Positions 13,480 to 26,620 of a stretch of DNA of 64,000 nt are shown here, one piece after another. The stretch is from the human T2T-CHM13v2.0 reference genome, Homo sapiens. The position numbers were made by a program, and so were the translations under genes. Position 1 is the first letter of the stretch; each line of letters starts with the position of its first letter. Location: the NCBI RefSeq assembly GCF_009914755.1, contig NC_060926.1; one strand, 5' to 3'. The notes under the pieces are model-generated. The model saw only the letters and a list, made by a program, of their open reading frames with translations, was not told where the DNA came from and did no database searches.

Positions 13480-13830
13480 GGAATCCCAAATTAGAATGAA
13501 GGAAGTAAGGTTCCAATCTCAGAGGTAGACTTTAGACAGGTACCAAATAATTCAGTAATTAAGATAAACAATATTTAATGCATCCTTTAAAAATATAAAA
13601 ATTAATGAAAAACTCTATAATTCAAGATGAACAAAATATTGAGATTTTAAATAAATACAAGATTCAAGACTGTATTTGTACAACCTAAACCTACTTGCCT
13701 TACCCTCATCCTGTCTAGAGTTCCAATAAAGCTTTATTTACAAGGCATGTGACCAGCCTGTGGGCCAGAGTTTGCCTATTTATTTTTTAAAAATTGCATT
13801 AAATATTACTTAGGTCGAGTACTAAACATG
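13480..13830. mobile_element. hAT DNA-transposon fragments (MER96B-like arms around a MER58-like end)
   Basis: 'cagtaattaagataaacaatatttaatgca...gatgaacaaaatattgagattttaaataaa' (MER96B-like); 'gttccaataaagctttatttacaa...gggccagagtttgcc' (MER58-like); family names from memory. Confidence 0.45.
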
Positions 13831-13969
13831 AGAGGAACTTTGGGAAAACCACTAAGACTGCATGGCATTCAATCAAGGAAAATGAAGCACTTTCATATAG
13901 AATTTTAAATTTCTAATTAAGAAAGTACATCCACATTTTATCAGAGTAGTTGAATTCCTGTATTACCAC

Positions 13970-15711
13970 TGAAGGCAGCAGAAGGCACCTCTGGAGTGGT
14001 TACTGTCACTGTGCCAGCTACAGCATGGAGGTGTGAGAAGTGGCAGCAAGAGTGGCTGCGGGAGCAGCAGTGGCAGTGGTCGGGGGGCCACCAAGCCCCA
14101 CGTCCGCGAGGCAGCCGACTGCGTGAGCCCACCCTTGTGCAGCCGGTCAGAACCTGCCCCAGGCCCAGAGCCTCTGCCTCTCTGGACCCTGGCCCTTCGT
14201 CACCACTTTTGCCCACTGCCATTGCAGTGCTGTTGGGAAGAGAGGGGTCCCAAGGCAGAGCCAGGCCCAAGGTGGAGCTGGGCCTGGGTGGTGTTATCCT
14301 TGCACACAGAGAGCAGGGTCCAGAGCGAGGGGCTGGGCCTGCGGCATGCAGCTGGGGCCACACTTCAAGGAAAGTGGTAGTAGCCTTTGCTTCGGGACCC
14401 AGCCAGCAGCATGGTCACTATGCCCACCCCGCCAAGGGTGCCAGGTTCCTGTACCCTGGGAGGAGGCTCTGCTGCAGTGCCGCCCAGGTGCCTGGGGTCT
14501 GCCCCACACTGGGGTGACTTCTGCATCTGACACTCCCGATGGCTGGGCCAGGGCTGATGATTCACTCCTGGAGCCCTCCCTCCACTCACAGGGCAGGGCC
14601 ATGAGCCAGACAGGCTGGGCACAGGGCCCGGGCATCTCTGCAGTCTGCACCCTTGGGGGCCTAGGAAGGCCCCTCCCCCTTGCAGGCTCAGGGGTTTCTG
14701 CCCTGCTGCCTGACTTCTCCCCACTTTCAGTGCCTGCTCCAATGCTGGAATAGGGTTGAGGCCAAGCCCTGGTGCTATCACAGCCCAGCCAGGTGTGTGC
14801 ATGCTCAGGGCAGTGCTGACATCTCAGCCCTCTGCAACCTCAGCCCTTGAATCCCCCAGTGAGGCCCCACCTTCAGGCCAGGGAGAGCCTGAAGGCTGGG
14901 GACTGGGCTGCCAGTCCCATGGACTGAAGTGGGGATTTGTGGCGCCTTTCCCAGGCCACCCGTGGCCGCTCATGGGCCAATCAGCATGCACTTTCTTCCC
15001 TCTGAGGCCCATAAAAGCCCTGGGCTCAGCCAGAGCACAGCAGAGGATGAGGAGAGCAGAAGACGGAGAGATGATGGGATATACAGCTACAGAGAGGAGC
15101 TAACCTCTCTGCTCTTAGCTGAACGCTTGTTCAGAAGACCAGCTACAGAGAGGAGCTACCCTCTCTGCTAGGAGCTGAACACTCAATGGGACACACTGGC
15201 TGCAGAAAGGAGCTACCCACTGTGGGGTCCCCTTTGAGTTGTTCCATCATTCAATAAAGCTCCTCTTCCTCTTGCTCACCATCTACTTATTTGCATATCT
15301 CATTCTTCCTTATTCTTCCTGGCCACAGGACAAGAACTCAGAGCCCACCAAATGGCAAGGCTAAAAGAGCAATAACAGAAACAGGGCTGAGACATGCTCC
15401 TTGCTCACCACGTTTTGGGTGAAGGAAAGAAAGAAGAGCTGCAGTCCTTCGGGGAATCCCAGACCTTGGAGCACCCAGAGCTAAGGCTGTGACTCCCTCC
15501 TTGAGGCCCTGCAGTTCCTGGCATCTCCAAGCTTCCAGGTGCCATCATGTTCCCTGGTGCCATCTGTGGAAACTTCTTGCAGTACACCTGGTCCAGTGGT
15601 AGCCTCACAGACAGCTGGCACGGGTGTTGGCACCTGAACCTGTCTGCCCCACTGCAGCAGCCACACAGAGGTTTCTGGCCAAAAAAGTGACACTCCAAAG
15701 ATCCCATAACA
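13970..15711 (+). mobile_element. MER52A-like solo LTR (ERV1), ~1.74 kb
   Basis: TG...CA termini ('tgaaggcagcag' ... 'aaagatcccataaca'); 4-bp TSD ccac/ctac; GC-rich U3; CCAAT 14977, CATAAAA 15010, AATAAA 15253. Confidence 0.85.
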
Positions 15712-15861
15712 CTACTTCACAATATGACAAAGATAAAATTTAAATTAAAGCTAAATATTTGCTCTTCAGATATTTCTTGAGTCTCAAATTGCTGTTCATT
15801 TTCTCCCCATGGCATTATTTTTAGTTATACATTTTCATTTAAAATGTAATAACTGAGAAAG

Positions 15862-15968
15862 ATTAGATAGATGGACGGAGGGATGGATGGACAGATAGAT
15901 AGTAGCTATATAGATGATAGATAGATACATAGATACACAGGAAAATAGACAGATGGATACGTAGATAA
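15862..15968 (+). repeat. (TAGA)n/(TGGA)n degenerate microsatellite
   Basis: 'tagatagatggacggagggatggatggacagatagat...'. Confidence 0.85.
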
Positions 15969-17523
15969 GTGTGTATTTTACTAAAACTAAGATTTGTTCA
16001 ATCTCCATTAAGTTGGTATCTACTGGATTAAAATGTAAAGAAATAATAGAATTACAAATACATTTTCTTTTCAAAAATTTCTTCTTGGAAATAAATGAAC
16101 AGTGGTTCTAAGCATAGAAAAGAGGTGAGTGTATTTTTGCCTCTAGAAAACTGTAATTTTTTTTATACTTGACACTCAGGACCAGTCTTTACTTCCTCTG
16201 TTTGGGACTGGTTTACACTAGTCCTTTCCCATTTCTCTTTCACTCAGTCCCCTTCCTCACCATATCAGTTCCCAAAGACAGCTATAAATACAAGATCATT
16301 AGTTAAAAGACGATCTGGGTTTATTCTTTGTCTGAATGTGATTTTTCTGGACCAAGAGTTACTTCTGTCTGGTCCTAGGACATCTAAAATTTAATTCCTG
16401 GGAAATTTGGGCAACACAGTACCCATAATTAGGACAAACTTTCCTCATTCTTAGCTTTAAAGGTCTTACCACAAGAAAATGATACCCAGTATTCTTAAAC
16501 AGAACTATAATAATGTTGGGAACTTTCATTTGCAACTTACTACAGGACACAAATTTCTTCAGTTTCATGGGCAATTAGTGAAATCTTTTTTCTTGAGCTA
16601 AGATAAGACTGATAAATCTCTGACCTAATGCCCACAAAATGTGGACATATTCAATAATATAAACACAAGCAACACTGAAGTTGAATTTTTCTAATAGTAT
16701 TGAGAGGGACACATGCTACTCAGGTTTCCCTCTTACAAACTGTGAATTTGGAAAAGTCACCTAAGTTCTCAGTTTTCTCAGGCCAAAGGAAAAAAAAAAG
16801 CTATGCATGTTTCTATATACTTTCCACAAAGGAAAGGATTATTATAAGTACTTATAAGTGTAAATTGGGGTCATGAATATGTTTCAAGGGCTAATCCAGT
16901 ATTAATCGAAGATACTTAAACTTGTGTCCCCATCTTCAAAGAGGACAGTGGGATGGGACACTAAGGGTGTATGCCATGGAGTCCTGAAATGATGGGTGCA
17001 CAGCCTAAGCATTTTGCCCATTGGAAGGCTTTATAGCTATTTCATATTGAGTGTTCAGGGTTGTCAGACACAGAGGCACAAGAAGAGTGTAGAGCTGGTC
17101 AACAACCAAGAGTAACTTCTAATCACTGAGTGGCATAAAGGTTCAGATTATTTTAGTCTACACATTTTGGGGTGAAGTCAAAGTTATTATTTTGAAATGG
17201 ATGTACACATTACATGCATTAAATGGAAAGATATGGAACAATGAGAAACATCTGCAAGTATTGACTTCCCTAGGTGAGTAGAAGTTGTTCCTAAACCATT
17301 GCTACACTTAGTCTTTTCCCAGTTGGGAGTTGGAGAAAACATAACTTGTTGTTTAGTTGTCTCTAGCCAATTAATATATTCTTAACCTCTTTATATGTCA
17401 TACTGTTAAACAGGTCTGTGAATATGATGAATAATGAAGCATTTTACCATTTACAAAGGACTTTCTCATTGGCTAACTTGATGATGACAGCAACCCTATG
17501 AGGTTGGATATCCTTCCATTATT

Positions 17524-17945
17524 TGTGGAGTTCTCCTTGTATGTGTCCTACCACCTGCTTTCTGCCTGGCCTCTTTTGCAGCTAAATCTTAATCATGTGA
17601 TCAAGATATCAACAATCATAGGCATGCATGCAGTTGGACTTCAGTTTGGAGCAATAAATGAAAGAGAGAGTTTTTGATACAGAGTAACAGTTTCAGTGGA
17701 GTTTCTGGGAGGAGTGCAATACATGGGACCAAGTGATGAGTGTGACCAACAGTCTCCTCACTAAGCTTGTTGTGGGGTGGAGCTTTGGAATTTGATCGTT
17801 GCATCTTAATCTGGGCAATTTAGCCTGCTTTTCCAATGTTTCTATGGCTCCTCAGTATTATTTTAATATGTTAATTGTATTAAAGAATTGCATAAATCTC
17901 CATTGTGGATTCTGTTGCTTGGAAATAAGAACTCTGACTGTTACA
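17524..17945 (+). mobile_element. Ancient ERVL LTR (LTR33-like) nested in an antisense MIR (17440-17520 and 17946-18080)
   Basis: 'ctcttttgcagctaa...catgtgatcaag' near the start; 3' end 'ttctgttgcttggaaataagaactctgactgttaca'; MIR sequence resumes on both sides. Confidence 0.5.
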
Positions 17946-18784
17946 CCCATATATTACAAATGAAGAAGCTCGATTTCAAAAGTGAAGAGTTATTCAAGAT
18001 AGTGACTTAGAAAATGACAGAAGTTTAACTCAGCATCTGACTTGTGGGACACTTAAGCCCTTTATCATTTTCACCACACAATGTTTTCTTATATTGTAAT
18101 GCATGTCAGTCTTATGGCATGGCTAACAAGACAATCTATGAAGGATATTAGTATCTGTATACTCAGGGTCTAGTTTAGTTAGGGCAAACCTATGCACCAG
18201 GCTGCCAGGGACTGTCCTAGTTTACGCTTCCATCCTTCCTCCCAAAGGTTTATGTTAAGCGCTATGGTGAAACTAAAATATCGATTCATTCCTTCATTAA
18301 ATTTTCAAAAATGTGCTAAACACTTACTCTGCCCTTAAGGGAAGTGCAAGAAAAGACATTTGACATAGATCCAGGCTTTCCATCTGTCCTTCACTATTAG
18401 TGTGACTGTGAGAAAATTCAGTAAACCTCCAAATCTTATGGGTCTTGGCTTGATTATTAACACCTTCATTGCTTTAAAAAATGTCCCAGTTTAGATGATA
18501 AATTATATTGTAGGCCTAAGCGTGGTGTCTAAGGATGTGTGTTCAACAAAGTTACGTTAAATTAATAAAGCAGTAGTGAAATATCCTGAGCATATTGTGA
18601 CCTTTGAAAAAGAATAACCGGGGTTGAGTAGGGGCAAAATCAACAGAGAACTCCTCACTTGGGGAAGGGTCTCTTGGTGAACTATGCTGTCTAGAAATGG
18701 AATGATTCTTCCCTCTGAGCTAGCTTCCTGTAGTAATTCAGTTGGCATCCCTTGATGTAAGTGCTATTTTTATAATTATTGCAA

Positions 18785-18786
<2 letters not shown>

Positions 18787-18827
<41 letters not shown>
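18787..18827 (+). repeat. (AC)20 microsatellite
   Basis: Pure AC repeat. Confidence 0.97.
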
Positions 18828-18829
<2 letters not shown>

Positions 18830-20299
18830 CCTACAAGCTAAAAGAAAGAAATAATTTTGAAATAATCACCTCCAAATCAGAAACCGAAACATGTTACTAT
18901 TTATATCAAAAGGAAAAAACTTGTGTTAAAATCCTTGATTTGCACATTTGTAATCGACTAAAAAATAATGAGATATTTCCCACTCAAGCATCAAAATATA
19001 TCAGTCAAAAGTACGGTAATTTGTTTACAGTTTAATTATGTTTTGACAAATAAATTAATAGCACCTCATACAAGTTTCAATATAAACAGAAATTTCTTAT
19101 TTTTCCAATTAATAACAGAAGCTGTGTCCCAACATGTCCATGTGTTTTCTTGTTGAAATGGTACAGAAGCTCGCAGAAAGGAATGGCATTTACGTCTAAG
19201 AATGAGCAAATAGCTAAAATAAATGAGATTCAAATGAAATTATTACAAAATTCAGACTGACTTAAATCTACGTCTTTATCCAGGCAAATATGCTAAAAAA
19301 AATTGGCTTTACTTTTTAATGTCAAAATACCCTCCCCACATTCACAAGTTGCTCGATTGCTTTGAGTGAAGTAGTTCTACCGTACATTTATTATTTATGT
19401 CCTGACTGCTTCTGAACTGGACTAGAGGCAGCTTGCCCCAAAAATGCAAGTGTAAATGTAGTTTTAGAAACAGACAGAAATGTAGATATCAATGTAGATA
19501 TAAAAATACCCACAGGAAAGTTCAAATAAAAATAAAATAAAATAAGAGAATTTATGAAGAAAGGAGGTGGTAGCTGTATCAGAAATCAATTTAAAATTTA
19601 TGCAGGACTCCCCAGCAGCCAAGATAAAAAGGGAAAGGGAATTGGTTACATAACAACTAGGTCTCCCAGATTCATTCTGTAGAGTATTAATCATAATCAG
19701 TTCTAACAGGTTGTCCATCACATACTCCATGCTGTGTCACAAAAAAGGCAAATTTGAGTTGTCAGTCTTGGCTTTAGTGTTCTTTTTAGGATGACAATGA
19801 CAAGTCCATGCATTTTCACTCTCAGAAAAAACAAAAGACAGAAACGGGAACTTAGATTCCCAAAGTGATTATAATTTGACATGAAACAGGCGCCTCTTCT
19901 GTCCTTACTATCTGGATATTCTTAGGAAAATCACCCAGTTTCTCAAAATAATTATTTTCCTCTATTCAAAAGTAGTGGCTAATAATAAAAATTCAATGGA
20001 TTATTATCAAACCTATTCATGGAAATGTACCAGATAGCACTTTATGATCTGTAAAATGGTATGTAGATTTCAGTTGCCATTATTTTTATTGTTATGTTTA
20101 TTAAGTTGCACAGAGGGGGAAGATCAGAAAGAGGATTGACGCAAATGTACAACTGACACAAATACTAGCGGTCGTCTCATTCAGCTAGGGCCCTGAGAAC
20201 ACTTGAAAAAGCTCAGATTCCACCAAACCTCAGTATGGAATCATCTCACTTAACCTGTCAGCTACACTCTTCTGTGAGAAGACTCCAGGCCTTACTTAC

Positions 20300-20343
20300 A
20301 CAGATCAGTTTTTTGAGGACGAATCTGGAGCTCCAGTCAGCAT
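20300..20343 (-). other. Candidate spliced exon (44 nt) of a minus-strand transcript
   Basis: Minus strand: 'tcgctccttcatcttctgcactttgcag|ATGCTGACTGG...CTGATCTGT|gtaagt'; strong acceptor and consensus donor in sequence with no repeat I recognise. Confidence 0.35.
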
Positions 20344-20689
20344 CTGCAAAGTGCAGAAGATGAAGGAGCGAGATGATAATCAGAACAAAGAACAACCTCA
20401 TCAAGCCTGCCTGCCTCTGTATGCCTCTGGTATCTGTCTCACGCTGTCTCTGCATCTTACTTTCTCTCATGTGGTTCTTGCATTGGAATGAGCTGATATA
20501 AGTTAATTTGCCATTTTTTAAAGCAGCAGCAGGCCATTTCTTAATTTGATGTTCCGTATCCTAAAGTTCTGGGAGGAAGTGGATTTTGAAAGTGTACAGT
20601 CTTACTTCACAGAATGGGTGTACCTAGGTAAGCTTCATCAACCTTTACTGAAAACAAATGTACAGGGGTATATTCTGTAAGTAACTATT

Positions 20690-21120
20690 TTAATACTAAT
20701 AAGTACTAACTGTCAGGTACTACGCTTGGTTCTTTATGTCCATTATTTCAGTTGATACTCTCAAAAGTTCTATCAGAAAGGTACTATTTTTCACATCTTA
20801 CATGTCTGTAAACTGAGACTTACCGAAAGCCAGCTTAAATGTCACCTGTTAAGAAAGGCTTTCTCTAATATCTTATCTAAGGTGACATTCCTAAATTATT
20901 TCATATCACTCAGTTTACTTGCTTCATAGCAGTTATTAGAAGCTGTGTTGGTTCATCTGTTGACACACATTGTTGTGTATCTTCCCTACAAGGATTTAGG
21001 CCCCAGAAGCAGGATATATGCCTGACTTGTCTGCTGATACTTTGGTGTCTTCCACTGTGACAGTGTAGGCACAAAACAAATCATCAAATTATTGAATAAA
21101 TAAATAACTGAATAAATGAC
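20690..21120. mobile_element. MIR (-) fragment followed by L2 (+) 3' end
   Basis: 'catcttacatgtctgtaaactgagactta' (MIR); 'cttaaatgtcacctgttaagaaaggctttctc...gaataaataaataactgaataaatga' (L2). Confidence 0.6.
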
Positions 21121-21769
21121 TCCAAAGTGCAGGCACTTAAGAATATTCTTTCCACTCTAATTTATTAGTTTTTATTTTTTTCCTGCTGCACAAGGCAGAC
21201 ATTAAGCAAATTATGAATGTCTCTTGTGTGCTAGCAAGAGTATATTTTAAATTGGGAGCGAGAGCATAAAATAATTTTCTATAGGTCACCGAAGACACTC
21301 TTAATATATTCCTAAAATGAAAGATAGCTTTGGAATTTATGTGGCCACTTCATGATATTTAGCCCTTTGATCCTTGAAGTCTTTTAGCTCTATTTGATCC
21401 AAAGCATGACTGAGAGCTTAAAAGAAAATGAATTGTGCCAATAAATATTTACTTTCATCTCTTTTCTATATGCCCAAGGGCTTCTTCTTCTAAAGTGTTT
21501 TAAAGGTGGAAATTAAGTTTATCATTTGAATGGCTTCGTGAAAAGGCAAGCTAAAGAAAATCTTTTCAAGGTACGAATCTAAGTGTTTTTTGTTGTATTA
21601 CTATGTATGAATTACTTCCAGATTGGTTTAAATGTAAGAATCTGATTTTAGAAATTCAGATGCTTAAGATAAAAAATCAACAAGCTCAATGAATGTGTTG
21701 TTACACAGGTAGTAAAAGCACATTTCTCTCCCATTATCTTTTGGTACGGAATGTTCTGTGTTACTTTTT

Positions 21770-22145
21770 GCCTTTGAGCTTTGTGCTACCTTTCCCATGA
21801 CTTGTACATTCCTGACAACTGCCCCCCCCCCAACACACACACATCTTCCTGTGAATAAATCCTACTGTAGTTCAGGATATGATTCATATGTCACTTTCCC
21901 AAGAAAGTCTTGCCCTATTAGCTCCCTTCCCACGTTGTTTAGGCTCCTCTTCCCTCCTATTTCCATAAAACATTTTTATTGCACTCATAACACCTTGTGC
22001 CTTTATCTGTTTAACCCTCTTACTTATGCAAGATCACTTACAGCAACAATTATATCTTATGCATATCTGTATCCACAGTACCTAGCTCGATGCCTGATGA
22101 ATAATAGGTTTCAATAAATATTTGTTGAATAAGTAATGAATGAGA
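21770..22145 (+). mobile_element. L2 LINE 3' end
   Basis: 'tgtatccacagtacctagctcgatgcctga...caataaatatttgttgaataagtaatgaatg'. Confidence 0.7.
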
Positions 22146-23389
22146 AGGCTGAATCTAGTTTCTTTCTTGGAGAATGATGGATGGCCAATAAGTCTTGATA
22201 GAAGACATCCCATGAGATGCTATTGGGATGGCTCTGGCATGATTCTGGCATAATTCTGGATCCTGATCTTGAAATGAAAATAATCAAATGACAAGTGCCA
22301 GTTAAAAGGGCAGCGTGGGGCAGTAAAGTCACAGTGAGGGCGGAGGTCTGTGGAGGAATACTTATTTGAGTGTAGAATATAGGAAGTAAAGGGATCAGTT
22401 ACTCCTGAATGGCAAAATAAATTTTCGGGTAGCTTTTAGCCTAGGAAAATTATTTATGTGACTGCTCCTCTCAATGCCACCAAAACAGGATAGCCTGTTG
22501 CTCAGAAGAGTGTCATTAGAAGAAGAGTGAGCATCTTTAAACTTCAACTTCTACAAAGTTCCCTGTGAAGAAGTATAGGGAAATAAGTAATAAAGGCTTA
22601 ACCAGAATTGGGAATGTTTGTAGACAAGTTCAAACAGAAGGAATATGAATTCTTCGTGGTAATTTTCCAGTCTCATACAAAGAAGTATGACATCCACAGA
22701 GTTTTTACATTTTTTGCTATTACAAATAAATCTGCAATTAACCTGCTTATAACTCATATTTTTAAATATTTACACAGAATCTTCTGTAATAGCTTAAATG
22801 TCATTAAAATCACTGCTTCTTGAAATAATTTGCCTGTGAGTATTTCTGGGGCTCTTTATGTTATATTTGCCTCCATATTATTTTGGAAGTTGAAGTTCAA
22901 AGTCAATTGTGGTTACTATAATTCATAGAAAATTATGTATATCATGTAGGCTTTATCTGTTCAATGAGATTGTGTCTGTGGTTATCTTCTCATTTAATTC
23001 TTAATTTTATGTATATTTCACGCTTCCCTTTTACTACTTGCTTATATATTTGTTTTACTAATTGTGGGATTTATTTCTCAAGTCTCCTATTTTACCATTT
23101 CATAACTTATTATTATATCTTTATTGATTTTCACATTTTGTTCCCAATAGTCATTTTTACTCTACTATAAAATTCTTTTTGGAAAGTCAGTTAATTCATT
23201 TTTATTCTTTGTTATTATGAAATTAATGTTAATGTTAAACATTTTCCTTTGAATAATAACAGTTTAAATTGTCTCTTTGACATTAATGCTTATGATACTT
23301 TTAGTATTCAGTATTGTTTCTATTCCTTTCTATTTAATTTAGTATATCTATTAAACTTAACTTTTAAGTATTGTTTATTAGTACTATAG

Positions 23390-23762
<373 letters not shown>

Positions 23763-24599
23763 CTAACAACCTGCTTCTCATACACAAACACACACCTACA
23801 CATGTTTGTGTAAGTGATTATATGTGTGTACATACATGGGCAAGTCAAGCTCTGTGTAGTGATTTAGCAATAATTGTGTCTGAGAAGTCAAATAAGATTG
23901 TACTTTTTCCTAATATCTTGCTTGAAGAATTATTACTTCTTTAATTGGAGAGCATACTAATTTTGTGTAATATTTTAAGACATTTTCTGAACAAAGATTA
24001 TTATTGCAACTACTTACTCTTTGCAGATATAATTACCAATGCTATTGAGCATTAAATCCTGTTCCTCATATGTTAATTTCTTCAATAAGTATTTATTGAG
24101 TACCTTTAATCAGACCAATACAACGTACAGGGGACAAAATAATAATCACAAAAGACATTGTGGATCCAGTGCTTATGGTTAACCATTCAATGCCAGAGAT
24201 TCCACATCAATGAGGAGTTATTTGGTTTCTGAGAGTTGATTTTTTTCCACTATGACATTTATTAGACATATTTATTTTACTACAATACTCTGGAAAACTC
24301 TCTTTTTGTTTTATGCCATTCCATGTGGAAATGGGGGTTTCTCTTCCCCTTCCATAGGCGGCTTTTTCCCCCAATGTGTTTGTGCAATATTTTCTTAATT
24401 CTTGAATTTTAATTACCTCACCAAATTTAATCTCAATCTCAATTTTTTAAAAATTATTTTTTCAAAAGCTAATGACGCCTTGCCCAATATCCTTTTGCCA
24501 TATCTGAATTTGTCTGTCAGCACCGACAGTTTTCAGTATGCTTTCAGTTTCCCACCTCAATAACTTGGGTTTTTTTTTTTCCTCCTCTTCTCTTTCTAA

Positions 24600-24870
24600 A
24601 GGCTTTTGCCAGTGCCGGGAGGTGTTTGGCAACATGGGAAAGTTAATGTTCCCAGAATTCACCTCTGTCAATGGAGGATGGGAATCAGGTGCTAAATGGC
24701 TCAGTCTCCTTTCTGGTGGGATTATGCCAAGGTTTGTTGCACATTGCACTTCTGAGCCCAAGGGGTCCATTGTGGAAACATGCTCATTATAACACCTTTC
24801 CCCTGTCCTAGGTTCTCCACTTCCCTCCTTGTATCCTGAGATAATTTCTCCAATAAACTACCTGCACGTG
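24600..24870 (+). mobile_element. LTR16-family ERVL LTR fragment
   Basis: 'gggaagttaatgttccc' and 'ctccaataaactacctgcac' LTR16-like motifs. Confidence 0.55.
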
Positions 24871-25256
24871 TTTTTGTTTCAAACCATGATAAGTATCATG
24901 TACACGCATATTTTAGAAAAAAGCCTTATCTATTTGATATTTTCTACTCTAATAGTATTTTGCTTATATTATTTAATACTCACAATCTTTGTGGAAGCAC
25001 CTAACTTCCAGGTAGTATGTTTTGTCTCTAATTGCTTTTCTTTTGGCTCATTTCAACTTCGTTTTTCAGAATATTTTAAAGCTAGTTCTCAGCATAACTG
25101 ACTATATTTTCTTCAAGTCAATTGTAGACATTGCTGGTTCTGATTTGATTTTAAACACTACGGCATAATTTGTTTTAATTTCTTTCCTTAGTGCTGCCAT
25201 TTTTCACTTCATCTGGAGCTCTTAATTTTGGATCTGCTATTGGATGTCTTGCATTT

Positions 25257-25675
25257 TGTCTCAGGCTGGATTCTTTAGGAAGCCGACTCTGAGTCAAGTT
25301 TAGCACAGAATGTTTATTGGGAAGTGATCTTGGAATCAACACCTGTGAAAGGTGGAGGAATAAGTCAGTATTGGGCAGAGGCAGAATTCAAGCTCTGCTG
25401 TAGTTTAAACAATAGTGTCAGCCAATCTCACAGGGAGCTCTGGAACTGAAATAATTCATTAGTGAGGACCCGTGTAGGGCCATATTGGGCAGAGCTTTAT
25501 ATTCTGACCATGGTTGGTCAGTGGATGCCGGCCACCCTGAGAACAGCTTGGATTTGTGCTAAATGGTTCTCTGCAGCCGAGGCAACCCCAGACTGCCAGC
25601 TCTTTGCTGTCATCATGACAGCAGCAAGTCCTGTCGGAGGGAGATCTGAGGGGCACATTTTCAAATCCATTACGA
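25257..25675 (-). mobile_element. LTR16A-like ERVL LTR
   Basis: 'tgtctcaggctggattctttaggaagccgactctgag...gtttattgggaagtgatcttggaatcaacacctgtg' is an antisense LTR16 3' end. Confidence 0.7.
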
Positions 25676-26419
25676 ATCATCCTCCAATTATTAGTTTTAA
25701 TTGATATGGATTTTCATTTCCTTGAGGGTGCAGTTAAGTGTCTGTTTAACATTTTCGTTTGTTTATTTGGATATTTCCTTAAAGAACTTCACCTTTCATC
25801 ATTATTAGGAATTTGGTGTTCCTTTCTGTGTGGAGTGACATGTCTAGGATACTCCTCTAGACTGGTCACTTCTGCTTGTTATTTTATACTGAATAGGTAG
25901 GTTTTTATTATCCATCTCTTGTCCCAAGACCATTGTGAATCGACTTGTCTTAATTTTGCTCTCTATTTGCTTGGGCACCGGTTCCAATTGTTTTCTCTTG
26001 AAATTCATATTGAAGAGCTGGATATTGACAGTTTGGGATGTATGAGTAGTCATTATATCTGTGAGTGGACAGTGTGCTGTGAGTATCAAGGGATGGCCAA
26101 TTGTACCAGTGACCAGCTGCCAGGAGCTTGTGTTGTTTACAGAAGCCATTCCCCTTGCCTGAAGCACTCTTCTTTCTGGTATTTACCTGGGACTTGCAGA
26201 CTCATTCTTCAGCTCTTGGATCAGAAGTCACTCCTCAGGGACATTGTCCTGATCTCTCTAACCAGCTTAGCCTTCCAATTATAAATACAAACAATCTTGA
26301 TGAAAGGTGGAAATGATTAATTAAACTGACCTTTAGTGAAGAAGTATTTGCCAGTCATTTGGTTGTCTTTGGGAATATAAAGCTGACTAAAACACAGAAC
26401 ATGTCTTCCACATTTTCGA

Positions 26420-26620
26420 TTTTATTTTAACATGTTTTCACAGCACTTACCACAGTTCCCCTTTTACTGATTTTGGCGTAATTTTTTTAATGAATATATG
26501 TCTGTCACTGGACATGAGGTAAAAGACCAGCTCTGTTCACTCACCCTTGAGTCTCAGCATCTAACAGTGCCTGGCACTTAGGCGGTACTTGATAAAGTTC
26601 AGCTGAATGTAATATTTGAA
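26420..26620 (+). mobile_element. L2 LINE 3' end
   Basis: 'cagcatctaacagtgcctggcacttaggcggtacttgataaag'. Confidence 0.65.

Noticed and set aside
13941-15707. Cluster of overlapping 100-173 aa ORFs on both strands
   Set aside because: All lie in the GC-rich MER52A LTR, where stops are rare; no recognisable protein; not a genic CpG island
16924-16961. Short inverted repeat gtgtccccatc...gatgggacac
   Set aside because: A ~10-bp imperfect stem is too short for a pre-miRNA and compatible with chance
21479-21576. Plus-strand AG...GT bracket (cccaag|ggcttc ... ttcaag|gtacga)
   Set aside because: Stops in all frames and mediocre sites; expected by chance in 64 kb
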